DNA of 64,000 nt from Solirubrobacterales bacterium (GTDB taxonomy: Bacteria; Actinomycetota; Thermoleophilia; Solirubrobacterales; 70-9): assembly GCA_035535295.1 (NCBI GenBank), contig DATLQI010000038.1, positions 95,973 to 159,972 on the forward strand, given 5' to 3'. Positions 44,372-52,377 of this stretch are shown in pieces (within the stretch, counting starts at the first letter, position 1; each line of letters starts with the position of its first letter). The notes beneath the pieces were generated by a model that saw nothing but the letters and a program-made list of their open reading frames with translations, was not told where the DNA came from and searched no databases. Made by a program: the position numbers and the translations under genes.

Positions 44372-45355
44372 ATGCGCTACCTCCACCTCTGCGCCCACGA
44401 GCAGTTCCCGCCCGAGCAGCTGCTGCGCCAGGCGGTCGCCGCCGAGCACGCCGGCTTCGACGGGATCGGCTGCAGCGACCACCTGCAGCCCTGGTGGGAG
44501 CCGGGGGAGGCGGGCCACGCCTGGGTCTGGCTCGGCGCCGCCGCGCAGGCGACCGAGCGGGTCAGCTTCGGCACCGCGGTGACCCCGCCGGGGCCGCGCT
44601 ACCACCCGGTCCTGATCGCTCAGGCCTGGGCGACGATGGAGCTGATGTTCCCCGGCCGTCCCTACCTCGGGATCGGCTCGGGGGAGGCGCTGAACGAGAT
44701 GCCGCTGGGGGCCGAGTGGCCCTCGCCGGGCGAGAAGGTGGAGCGGATGGAGGAGGCGCTGGAGATGATCCGCGCCCTCTGGGACGGCGAGCGCCTCAGC
44801 GGTGGCAGGTACTTCAAGACCGACCGCGCCTACGTCCACTCGCGCCCCGAGAACCGCCGGCCGCCGATCTACGTCTCCGCCTTCGGGCCCAAGGCCGCCG
44901 GCGTCGCCGGTCGCCAGGGAGACGGGATCTGGACCCTCGCCGACCCCGAAAAGGTGCCGGAGATCCTCGACGCCTACAAGGGCGCCGCCGAGGACGCGGG
45001 GCGGGAACCGGGCGAGGTGGTCCTCCAGGCCGCCTTCTCCTGGGCGCCCGACGACGACGCGGCGCTGGAGGGCTGCCGGGTCTGGAAGGGCTCGCAGCCG
45101 AAAGAGTTCTACCGCGACGAGTGGCACGACCCGCAGGCGATGTACGAGGAGGGCGCGCGCCAGGTCTCCGACGAGGAGCTGAAGGAGGCGCTGATCGTCG
45201 CCGCCGACCCTGAGGCGCACGTCGAACGGATCCGCGAGGTCGAAGCGATGGGGGCCACCATCGTCGCCCTGATGAACAACTCCGGCACCGACCCGTTGGG
45301 GGCGATCGACGTCTACAAGAACTCCGTCCTGCCGCGCCTCCAGGGCTCGGGCTGA
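44372..45355 (+). CDS. LLM-class F420-dependent oxidoreductase (G6PDH-related family)
   Basis: CSDHLQPW, GIGSGEALNE and PPIYVSAFGPKAA pattern. Confidence 0.8.
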   Translation: MRYLHLCAHEQFPPEQLLRQAVAAEHAGFDGIGCSDHLQPWWEPGEAGHAWVWLGAAAQATERVSFGTAVTPPGPRYHPVLIAQAWATMELMFPGRPYLGIGSGEALNEMPLGAEWPSPGEKVERMEEALEMIRALWDGERLSGGRYFKTDRAYVHSRPENRRPPIYVSAFGPKAAGVAGRQGDGIWTLADPEKVPEILDAYKGAAEDAGREPGEVVLQAAFSWAPDDDAALEGCRVWKGSQPKEFYRDEWHDPQAMYEEGARQVSDEELKEALIVAADPEAHVERIREVEAMGATIVALMNNSGTDPLGAIDVYKNSVLPRLQGSG

Positions 45356-45378
45356 GACGGTCGCCTAGGCTGCGAGCG

Positions 45379-45882
45379 ATGGCCACGGCCAACGACGTCG
45401 AGATCCGCGCGGCGACCGAGGAGGACGTCCAGGTCCTCTACGACCTGATCCTCGAGCTCGCCTCCTACGAGAAACTCGGCGACAAGGTCGCCGGGACCGC
45501 CGAGGCGCTGCACCGCTCCCTCTTCGAGCGTCAGGCGGCCGAGGCGCTGCTGCTGGAGACGAGCGACGGCGAAGCCGTCGGCTACGCGATCTTCTTCACC
45601 AACTTCTCCACCTTCGAGTGCCGGCCGGGCATCTGGCTCGAGGACGTCTACGTTCGCCCCGAGCACCGCCGCGGCGGCATCGGCCTGGCGGTGATGGAGC
45701 GCCTGGCGAGGATTGCCGAGGAGCGCGAGTACGCCCGCCTCGAATGGTGCGCCCTGGAGTGGAACGAGCCAGCCCTCGAGTTCTACGCCAAGCTCGGCGC
45801 CCGCCGCCTCGACGACTGGCGCATGCTGCGGCTCGAAGAGGACGGGATCAAGCGATTGGCTGCGGGGGAGGGGCATGGGTGA
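45379..45882 (+). CDS. GNAT N-acetyltransferase
   Basis: YVRPEHRRGGIG acetyl-CoA loop. The last four codons lie in a 29-bp inverted repeat arm. Confidence 0.85.
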   Translation: MATANDVEIRAATEEDVQVLYDLILELASYEKLGDKVAGTAEALHRSLFERQAAEALLLETSDGEAVGYAIFFTNFSTFECRPGIWLEDVYVRPEHRRGGIGLAVMERLARIAEEREYARLEWCALEWNEPALEFYAKLGARRLDDWRMLRLEEDGIKRLAAGEGHG

Positions 45883-45948
45883 CCCACCCCAGACACATCT
45901 CGCTATGGCTCGATGTTGAGTGTCTGGGGAGGGTCACCCATGCCCCTC
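45868..45948. repeat. 81-bp palindrome: 29-bp arms (28/29) spanning the stops of two convergent genes
   Basis: Left arm GAGGGGCATGGGTGACCCACCCCAGACAC. The reverse complement of the right arm is GAGGGGCATGGGTGACCCTCCCCAGACAC. 23-nt AT-richer loop. Both genes end in EGHG-stop inside the arms. Confidence 0.85.
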
Positions 45949-47187
45949 TGCACGCTGCAGTAGGAGGTCCTTCTCGCGGTCGTTGGTGGCCAGGGTCGCG
46001 GCTTTTCTAAATTCAGCTGCCGCTTCCTCGGGGCGGCCCGCTTTCTCGAGCAGGTCGCCGCGGACGCTGGGGAGGAGGTGGTACTGCGCCAGGGACGGGT
46101 CGTCTTCGATCTGCGTCAGGAGTTCGAGACCCGCCTCCGGGCCGAAGGCCATGCCCAGGGCTACCGCTCGGTTCAGCTCGACGACCGGAGAGGGGGCGAC
46201 CTGGGCCAGGGCCTCGTAGAGGGCGGCGATCCGCACCCAGTCGGTTTCCTCGGGCCGGATCGCCTGGGCGTGGCAGGCGGCGATTGCGGCTTGGAGGCCG
46301 TAGGGGCCGAGCGGGCCCGGCAGGGCTTCTGCTCGCTCCAACGCCCGTCGCCCGCGGACGACCAGGAGCGGGTCCCAGCGGCCGCGGTCCTGGTCGAGCA
46401 GCAGCACCGGCGCGCCGTCCGGTCCGCGGCGGGCGGCGCTGCGGGAGGCCTGGATCTCCATCAGCGCCACCAGCCCGTGCACCTCGGGCTCGGCCGGGGC
46501 CAGCTCGGCGAGGATCCGACCCAGGCGCAGCGCTTCCTCGCAGAGGTCGGTGCGAATCCAGTCCTCGCCGGCGCTCGCCGCATATCCCTCGTTGAAGACG
46601 AGGTAGATCACTTCCAGCACCGAGGGCAGGCGCTCGGCCAGCTCCGCCCCGCGCGGCACCTCGAACGGCACCTTGGCGTCGCGCAGGGTCCGCTTCGCCC
46701 GCACCAGCCGCTGCGCCACGGTCGGCTCTGGGGCGAGGAAGGCGCGGGCGATCTCCGGCGTCGTCAGCCCGCCGAGCAGGCGCAGGGTCAGCGCCACCCG
46801 CGCCTCGCGCGAGAGCAGCGGGTGGCAGCAGGTGAAGATCAGCGCCAGCAGGTCGTCGCCGATCTCGTCCTCGGCCGCCGCCTCGAAGTCCGAGCGCTCC
46901 ATCGCGAACATCGCCCCGGTCTCCCGCGCGACCTCTTCGCGCTTGCGCTGGTAGGTCTTCTCCCGCCGCAGGCGGTCGATCGCCCGGTTTTTCGCCGTCG
47001 CCATCAGCCAGGCGCCCGGGTTTTCCGGGACCCCGGCCTCCGGCCACTTCTCCAGTGCCGCCACCAGCGCGTCCTGCGCCAGGTCCTCGGCGAGGCCGAC
47101 GTCGCCGACCATCCGCGCCAGGCCGGCGACGAGGCGGGCGGACTCGATCCGCCAGACAGCCTCGATCGCGCGGGTGGCGTCGCTCAA
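45934..47187 (-). CDS. ECF-like sigma-70 family factor with long C-terminal domain (YCII-associated type)
   Basis: Region 2 (DLAQDALVAALEKWP) and region 4 (LTTPEIARAFL) patterns. About 230-aa C-terminal extension. Confidence 0.8.
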   Translation of the reverse strand: MSDATRAIEAVWRIESARLVAGLARMVGDVGLAEDLAQDALVAALEKWPEAGVPENPGAWLMATAKNRAIDRLRREKTYQRKREEVARETGAMFAMERSDFEAAAEDEIGDDLLALIFTCCHPLLSREARVALTLRLLGGLTTPEIARAFLAPEPTVAQRLVRAKRTLRDAKVPFEVPRGAELAERLPSVLEVIYLVFNEGYAASAGEDWIRTDLCEEALRLGRILAELAPAEPEVHGLVALMEIQASRSAARRGPDGAPVLLLDQDRGRWDPLLVVRGRRALERAEALPGPLGPYGLQAAIAACHAQAIRPEETDWVRIAALYEALAQVAPSPVVELNRAVALGMAFGPEAGLELLTQIEDDPSLAQYHLLPSVRGDLLEKAGRPEEAAAEFRKAATLATNDREKDLLLQRAEGHG

Positions 47188-47188
47188 G

Positions 47189-47584
47189 CTAGCCGCCGAA
47201 GTTCTCGCTGACGGCGTCCTGCACGTCCTGCGGGAAGTCCTCCATCTCGAAGACCCGCCGCACCTCGATCCTGCAGTTCTCGGCCGGGCAGCGGCTTGCC
47301 CACTCCAGCGCCTCCTCCTTCGAGCGGGCCTGGATCAGCCAGTAGCCGCCGACGACCTCCTTGGTCTCGGCGAACGGTCCGTCGGTGATCGTCGCCTTGC
47401 CATCGTCGATCGAGACGACGCCGCCCTCGCTCGGCGGCTGCAGCCCGTCCAGCGACAGCACCATCCCCGCCTTGCGCAGCTCCTCGTTGTAGCGGCTCAT
47501 CGCCTTGAACTCCTCGACGTTGTCGTCCTGCGGTCCCCAGTCCTTCTCCTCGATTTCGGGGTACATGAACATCATGAAACGCAT
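47189..47584 (-). CDS. YCII-related (DGPF) domain protein
   Basis: TDGPFAETKE-VGGYWLI pattern. RBS GAAGGAGA. Confidence 0.8.
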   Translation of the reverse strand: MRFMMFMYPEIEEKDWGPQDDNVEEFKAMSRYNEELRKAGMVLSLDGLQPPSEGGVVSIDDGKATITDGPFAETKEVVGGYWLIQARSKEEALEWASRCPAENCRIEVRRVFEMEDFPQDVQDAVSENFGG

Positions 47585-47639
47585 CTGAGTCTCCTTCGTC
47601 GGGGGCAGCGATTCCGCCCTTTTACCTCAACGACGAACG

Positions 47640-47664
47640 GGCGCCGTCGAAATCGACAGGCGCC
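47640..47664 (-). terminator. GC-rich hairpin downstream of the small ORF 47669..47878
   Basis: GGCGCC(G)TCGA / TCGAC(A)GGCGCC stem with one bulge, 5 nt after the stop, followed by CGTTCGTCGTT on the minus strand. Confidence 0.35.
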
Positions 47665-47668
47665 GAAA

Positions 47669-47878
47669 TTACTCGTCGCGGGGGGTGATGCGGAAGATCG
47701 AAACGACCTCGGCCTGATGCGCCTCCGGGTGGGCGACGTAGGCGCTGGGCCCGCCGCCGAACCAGCCGGATGCTTCGTTGTCGCCGACGAAGACGCCGGG
47801 GTGGCGGTTGCCGTCTCCGTCTTGGACCCAGACCTTGTCCCCCTCGCGGAACCCGTGCTCGATCGCCTTCTCGCTCAC
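47669..47878 (-). CDS. small hypothetical protein (69 aa, beta-rich guess)
   Basis: Strong GC3 bias. GTG at 47878 is 7 nt after a TAGACT -10-like hexamer (leaderless). Confidence 0.5.
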   Translation of the reverse strand: MSEKAIEHGFREGDKVWVQDGDGNRHPGVFVGDNEASGWFGGGPSAYVAHPEAHQAEVVSIFRITPRDE

Positions 47879-47926
47879 CCCAGGGAGTCTAGTCGGCGGC
47901 CGCCGAATCATTACCCTCCCGCGCCC

Positions 47927-47952
47927 AGTTTTGCCGCAAGGCCGCTGGGTAG
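47927..47952 (+). promoter_or_regulatory. SigB/SigF-type promoter AGTTT-N15-GGGTAG
   Basis: Strict GTTT/GGGTA match. Leader with AAGGAGGAGG before the ATG at 47994. Confidence 0.6.
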
Positions 47953-47993
47953 GAAAACGCATCGACAAAAGTAAGGAGGAGGCGCAAATCGCG

Positions 47994-48695
47994 ATGGCGG
48001 ACATGAATGAGCGTGACGCGAAGTTGGTCCAGTACCTCAGCGAGGCCTATGGCAAGGAGCGCGAACTGGAGGCTGCCCTGCAGGCCCATATCGCGATGAC
48101 CGTCAAAGGCCCTTACAAAAAACGGCTCCAGCAGCATCTGAAAGAGACGAAACAGCACGCCAAACAGGTCGAGCGCCGGATCAAGAGACTAGGCGGCGGC
48201 GGCCAGACCCTGCAGGGGGCGGTCGGCAAATTGACCGCGGCGGCGAAGGGCCCTCTCCACGCGATCCGCGGCAGCGGCGAGCAGGAGAAAATGCTGAAGA
48301 ACGCCAAGACCGAGTACTTCAACGAGCACGAGGAGATCGCCACCTACCTAGCGATCGAGACCCTCGCCGAAAAAGTCAAAGATTCCGAGACGGCGAAACT
48401 GGCGCGGGCGATCCGCCGCGAGGAGGAAAAAATGGCCAACTTCCTCCAGGGCCAGATCAAGTCGCTGACTGGCGCGGTAGCGCGGGAGGACATCCCAGCC
48501 GCCCAGCGTCGCGGCTCCAGCCCAGCCCGGAAACCGAGTAAAGCCAAAGCGAAACGGCCGGCAGCGAAACGCACGACGACGAAAGCAAAACGGCCGGCGG
48601 CGAAAGCGAAATCGGCGGCAAAACGCTCCTCCGGGGCGAAAAAAGCCAGCGGCCGCAAACGCAGCTCTGGCAAAAAAGCCGCGGCGCGCCGTTAG
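47994..48695 (+). CDS. DUF892 ferritin-like domain fused to Lys/Ala/Pro-rich histone-H1-like tail
   Basis: LVQYLSEAYGKEREL...HLKETKQH... pattern, followed by about 60 aa of KAKAKRPAAKR repeats. Confidence 0.75.
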   Translation: MADMNERDAKLVQYLSEAYGKERELEAALQAHIAMTVKGPYKKRLQQHLKETKQHAKQVERRIKRLGGGGQTLQGAVGKLTAAAKGPLHAIRGSGEQEKMLKNAKTEYFNEHEEIATYLAIETLAEKVKDSETAKLARAIRREEEKMANFLQGQIKSLTGAVAREDIPAAQRRGSSPARKPSKAKAKRPAAKRTTTKAKRPAAKAKSAAKRSSGAKKASGRKRSSGKKAAARR

Positions 48696-50920
48696 GCAGC
48701 CGACCGACTGATCGCGAGCTCCCCGGGCGCCTCGACATCCGAGGCGCCCTGGGGGCGAATCGCGAGCACGACCAGGTCATCGCGCAGCGTTCCTGAGCTG
48801 CGGCCGACGGCGTCGGCGCGAAGCCGCTCGGTTACCTCGTCGAGCTCGAGGCCGCAGAGGGCCTGCGTCATCTCGGCGAAGCTCTCGGGGCCCTGGTGGG
48901 AAGAGGTCGGACCGGCCTCCAACCAGCCGTCGGTGCAGAGGGCAACGGTGTTGGTCGCCCTGAGAACGCACTCGTGGCGCTCGATGTTGGCCTCGCGCCA
49001 GGCGCCGAGCACCGAACCGCCGCCGAGCAGTCGTGGCCCGTCTGGGCCCGCCAGTACAGCCGGTGGATGTCCCGCCGAGGCGAGCGTCAGCTTCCACTCG
49101 TCGCCATCGCGACGCAGGCAGGCGAGCATCCCCGTCGCGAAGTCATTGAGGCTTTCGCCGGTCAGCAGCAGCTCGTTGACGCGCCGCAGTACCTCGTCGG
49201 GCTCGGCGATCTCCCGGGTCAGCCCGCGCACGGAATGGCGCACCGCGACCGAGACGCCGGCAGCGGTGCTGCCCTTGCCGGCGACGTCGCCGACGAGGAT
49301 CCAGCAGCATTTCTCGCTCGGGATCACGTCGTAGAGGTCGCCCCCGACCTCGATCCCCTCGCCGGCCGCCTCGAAGACCACAGAGATGTCGAGCCCCGGC
49401 ACCTTCGCCGGCCGCGGCGGTCGCAGGCCGCGCTGCAGGTTTTTCGCCACCCGGTCGCGCTCCCGGTAGAGGCGGGCGTTGTCGAGCGCCAGCGCCGCCC
49501 GTTCTCCCAGCTCGGAGAGGAACTCGAGGTCGCCGTGGTCGTAGCGGAGGTCGCCGTGGGCGTGGAGGAAAGAGAGGGCGCCGAGGGTGCGACCGCGGGC
49601 GGTGAGCGGGACCACCGCGGCGGAGTTGTAGCCGGCGTCGTGCATCAGCTGCAGGTGGTCGGCGTTCTGGGAGACCTTGTCGACCACCTCCGGCGCTTTC
49701 AGGTCGCGCCAGACCATCGGCTGGTTCAGCCGCAGCACCTGCGCCACCGGGTGCTCGCCGGCCGGGTCGAGCGGCTGTTCGCGCCGGATCTTTTCCAGGC
49801 GCGCTGCCATCTCCGGATTGGCACCGGCGACGACGCTGTCGCCATACCAGCCGTCGGGACGGCGGAAGTCGATCAGGCAGAGCTCGGCCAGCTCCGGCAC
49901 TGCGGTGGAGACGATCGTCCGCGCCGTCTCGACCGGGTCGAGCGAGCTGTCGAGGAGGCGGCTGGCGGCGACGAGGAACTCCTGCGCGCGCCGCCGCCGC
50001 ACCTCGGCGGTGATGTCGCGGGCGACAACCGAGGCACCGATCAGCCCCCGCAGCGGACTGCGGATCGGGGAGACGGTGAGCGAGACGGCAATCCGAGCCC
50101 CGTCGGCGCGGAGCCGTTCGGTCTCGTAGGTCTCAAGCCGTTCGCCGCGCTTAATCCGATCGAGGATCACCATCTCCTCGTTCTTGTGGTCGGGGGGGAC
50201 GAGGAAGGAGACGTGGCGCCCGATCGCTTCCTCGGTGCTGTAGCCATAGAGCCGCACCGCGGCGGGGTTCCAGGTGGTGACGATCCCGTCCAGATCCTTG
50301 CTCAAAACAGCGTCCTGGGTCCCGCGCACGACCTCGGCCAGGTGCTGGCGGAAGCGCTCGGCCTCAGCGCTCTTCGCCTCCGCTCGGCGCCTGGCGATGA
50401 AGGTGCCGAGCTGATCGGCAAAGCTCGCCAGCAGCTCCATCAGCTCCTCGGACTGGGGATTGAAGGAGGTGGTGTGGAACTCGGCCACCGCGAGGACGTT
50501 CTCCGGCGAGCCGGTGGGCACGGGAATTGCCAGTGCCGCCTCCAGGCCCAGTTCGGCTGAGGTTTCGAAGCGCGGCGTCGGCGTTGGGTAGGCCTTGTAG
50601 TTGGGGGCGAGGGCGATCTGCCCGCTGCCCCAAGCGTCGCCGGGTAGCCCGGTGCCGCGCATGAAATCGATTTCGCGGCTGCGCCGCCAGAGCGGCCGGG
50701 CGTCGAGGTCAGGGGTGCTCCAGCCCGAGACCAGCCGCAACGGCTCCTTCTCGCCGGTCACTTCCCACATCGCTCCCGCCTCCCAGCGGAGCAGATTGGC
50801 GACGATTTCGAGGAAGCGGGGAGCCACCTGGTCGAGGGAGTCACCTTTGATCAAGCGGGCCGCGAGCTCACGCTGACTCCTCAGGTAGCGCCACAGCTCC
50901 AGTTCCTGCGGCTCTTGCAT
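48692..50920 (-). CDS. GAF-PAS-GAF-PP2C (SpoIIE/RsbU-type) serine phosphatase
   Basis: PAS segment (DGIVTTWNPAAVRLYGYS). PP2C segment (GGDLYDV...VGDVAGKG). ATG at 50920; a TTG at 50947 is possible. Confidence 0.85.
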   Translation of the reverse strand: MQEPQELELWRYLRSQRELAARLIKGDSLDQVAPRFLEIVANLLRWEAGAMWEVTGEKEPLRLVSGWSTPDLDARPLWRRSREIDFMRGTGLPGDAWGSGQIALAPNYKAYPTPTPRFETSAELGLEAALAIPVPTGSPENVLAVAEFHTTSFNPQSEELMELLASFADQLGTFIARRRAEAKSAEAERFRQHLAEVVRGTQDAVLSKDLDGIVTTWNPAAVRLYGYSTEEAIGRHVSFLVPPDHKNEEMVILDRIKRGERLETYETERLRADGARIAVSLTVSPIRSPLRGLIGASVVARDITAEVRRRRAQEFLVAASRLLDSSLDPVETARTIVSTAVPELAELCLIDFRRPDGWYGDSVVAGANPEMAARLEKIRREQPLDPAGEHPVAQVLRLNQPMVWRDLKAPEVVDKVSQNADHLQLMHDAGYNSAAVVPLTARGRTLGALSFLHAHGDLRYDHGDLEFLSELGERAALALDNARLYRERDRVAKNLQRGLRPPRPAKVPGLDISVVFEAAGEGIEVGGDLYDVIPSEKCCWILVGDVAGKGSTAAGVSVAVRHSVRGLTREIAEPDEVLRRVNELLLTGESLNDFATGMLACLRRDGDEWKLTLASAGHPPAVLAGPDGPRLLGGGSVLGAWREANIERHECVLRATNTVALCTDGWLEAGPTSSHQGPESFAEMTQALCGLELDEVTERLRADAVGRSSGTLRDDLVVLAIRPQGASDVEAPGELAISRSAA

Positions 50921-50996
50921 CCGGCTCACTCTCTCACGCGGCCACAACCGCTACGCGACATCTCTTAGGGCCTCGGGTGACAAATTACGCAAGTCT

Positions 50997-51023
50997 CGTT
51001 TTCCCCCATTGGACCAAGGGTAG
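50997..51023 (+). promoter_or_regulatory. SigB/SigF-type promoter CGTTT-N16-GGGTAG
   Basis: Strict GTTT/GGGTA match, 48 nt before the ATG at 51072. Confidence 0.6.
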
Positions 51024-51071
51024 TGAAGCGCCCAACGGGCTTCGACAAATGGGATAGACGGGAGACTCCAG

Positions 51072-51266
51072 ATGTTTCGGTGTGACAACTGCGGAAGTGG
51101 ATACTCGGCACAGGCAGCGTCCTCGTGGACTTCTTGCCCGCGCTGTTTGGCGAGAGAGCGGGTCCAGGTTCCCCTCACCTTTGAGCTCGGTTGGCAGCGG
51201 CAGGGGAGCAAGGCGCAGGCAGTGCCGGCGGCCGGTACCTCCGACGCCCGGGCCGCCGCGCGTTAA
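51072..51266 (+). CDS. small zinc-ribbon protein (64 aa)
   Basis: CDNCG...CPRC pair. RBS-like GGGAGA. Confidence 0.5.
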   Translation: MFRCDNCGSGYSAQAASSWTSCPRCLARERVQVPLTFELGWQRQGSKAQAVPAAGTSDARAAAR

Positions 51267-51286
51267 GCCTCCCGCGGCGGGGGTAC
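51261..51286 (+). promoter_or_regulatory. SigB/SigF-type promoter, near match CGTTA-N15-GGGTAC
   Basis: Upstream of the DJ-1/PfpI gene. The -10 abuts a 12-bp-arm palindrome. Confidence 0.4.
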
Positions 51287-51315
51287 TCGTCAGGTGACCG
51301 CAATCACCTGACGAG
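51286..51315. promoter_or_regulatory. perfect palindrome CTCGTCAGGTGA-N6-TCACCTGACGAG
   Basis: 12-bp arms positioned over the predicted transcription start of the DJ-1/PfpI gene. Could be an operator or a leader hairpin. Confidence 0.4.
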
Positions 51316-51331
51316 CACGAGGAGGGTCGCG

Positions 51332-51913
51332 ATGTCCGACCGCCTGCAGGGAAAGAAGATCGCCTTCCTGACCGCCAACGAGGGCGTCGAGCAAGTGGAG
51401 TTGGTCGAGCCGCTGGAAGCGGTGCGCGAGGCCGGGGCTGAAGCGGAGTTGCTGGCGCCCGAAGCCGGCGAGGTCCAAGCTTTCAACCATCTCGACAAGG
51501 CCGACACCTTCGAGGTCGACCGCACCGTCGGCGAGGCCGATGCCGGCGAATACGACGGGCTCGTCCTCCCCGGCGGGGTCGCCAACCCCGACCAACTGCG
51601 GACGAAGCCGGAGGCGCTCGAGTTCGTGCGCGGGTTTTTCGCGGCGGGCAAGCCGGTCGGCGTGATCTGCCACGGACCCTGGACCCTGATCGATGCCGGC
51701 GTCGCCAAGGGCCGCACCCTCACCTCCTGGCCGAGCCTGGAGACCGACCTGCGCAACGCCGGCGCCGAGTGGGTCGACGAGGAGGTCCACGTCGACCAGG
51801 GCCTCGTCTCCAGCCGCAAACCGGACGACCTCGAAGCCTTCAAGGCGAAGATCGTCGAGGAGTTCGCCGAGGGCGTCCACGAGGGCCAGCGCCGGAAAGC
51901 GAGCGTGAACTGA
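51332..51913 (+). CDS. DJ-1/PfpI family protein
   Basis: ATG at 51332 after GAGGAGGG. ICHGPW nucleophile elbow. Confidence 0.85.
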   Translation: MSDRLQGKKIAFLTANEGVEQVELVEPLEAVREAGAEAELLAPEAGEVQAFNHLDKADTFEVDRTVGEADAGEYDGLVLPGGVANPDQLRTKPEALEFVRGFFAAGKPVGVICHGPWTLIDAGVAKGRTLTSWPSLETDLRNAGAEWVDEEVHVDQGLVSSRKPDDLEAFKAKIVEEFAEGVHEGQRRKASVN

Positions 51914-52074
51914 TGCCACCGCGCGGAGTCAAGAAGGGCAGCAAGCGGGACCGCCAGTACAAACACATCAAGAAGAGCGAGAAGGAAGAAGGGCGCTCGG
52001 AGAAGCGGGCGGAGGAAATCGCCGCCCGCACCGTCAACAAGGAAAAGGCGAAGTCCGGGGAAGCGAAGAGCTAA
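51913..52074 (+). CDS. small Lys/Glu-rich hydrophilic protein (53 aa)
   Basis: ATG overlaps the upstream stop (TGATG). Sequence KKGSKRDRQYKHIKKSEKEEGRSEKRAEEIAARTVNKEKA. Confidence 0.5.
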   Translation: MPPRGVKKGSKRDRQYKHIKKSEKEEGRSEKRAEEIAARTVNKEKAKSGEAKS

Positions 52075-52340
52075 TTCCGGCGCAGGGAAGAGCGGGAGGT
52101 GATCCCGAAGAAGTCCTCGCGGCTGCCGCGGCGGGGCTCGCTGTAGACGAGCTCCAGGCAGCCGCACTGAATCAGGGTCTTGGCGTGGTAGACGATTACG
52201 CCCAGGCTCGCGTTCAGCTCCCGGGAGAGTTCGACCGGGCTGGCGATCCGGCCCTGTAGCCTTTCGAGGATTTCCACCCGCAGTGGGTGCGACAGCGCCT
52301 TGACCAGTTCCTGATCCACTCGGTCCTGTCTCCTCGCCAC
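52071..52340 (-). CDS. ArsR-like winged-helix regulator
   Basis: GTG at 52340 after GGGGAGG. LSHPLRVEILERL...VYHAKTL. Paralog-like to 59261..59893. Confidence 0.65.
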   Translation of the reverse strand: MARRQDRVDQELVKALSHPLRVEILERLQGRIASPVELSRELNASLGVIVYHAKTLIQCGCLELVYSEPRRGSREDFFGITSRSSLRRN

Positions 52341-52377
52341 CGGGAGAACCTCCCCGATGAAGACCCTGCGGCCAAGC

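Noticed and set aside
45897-45925. GTTGAGT within the 81-bp palindrome as an integron attC-like R' site.
   Set aside because: The GTTRRRY-like string is in the loop, not at the element ends. There is no complementary RYYYAAC at the other end and no integrase nearby.
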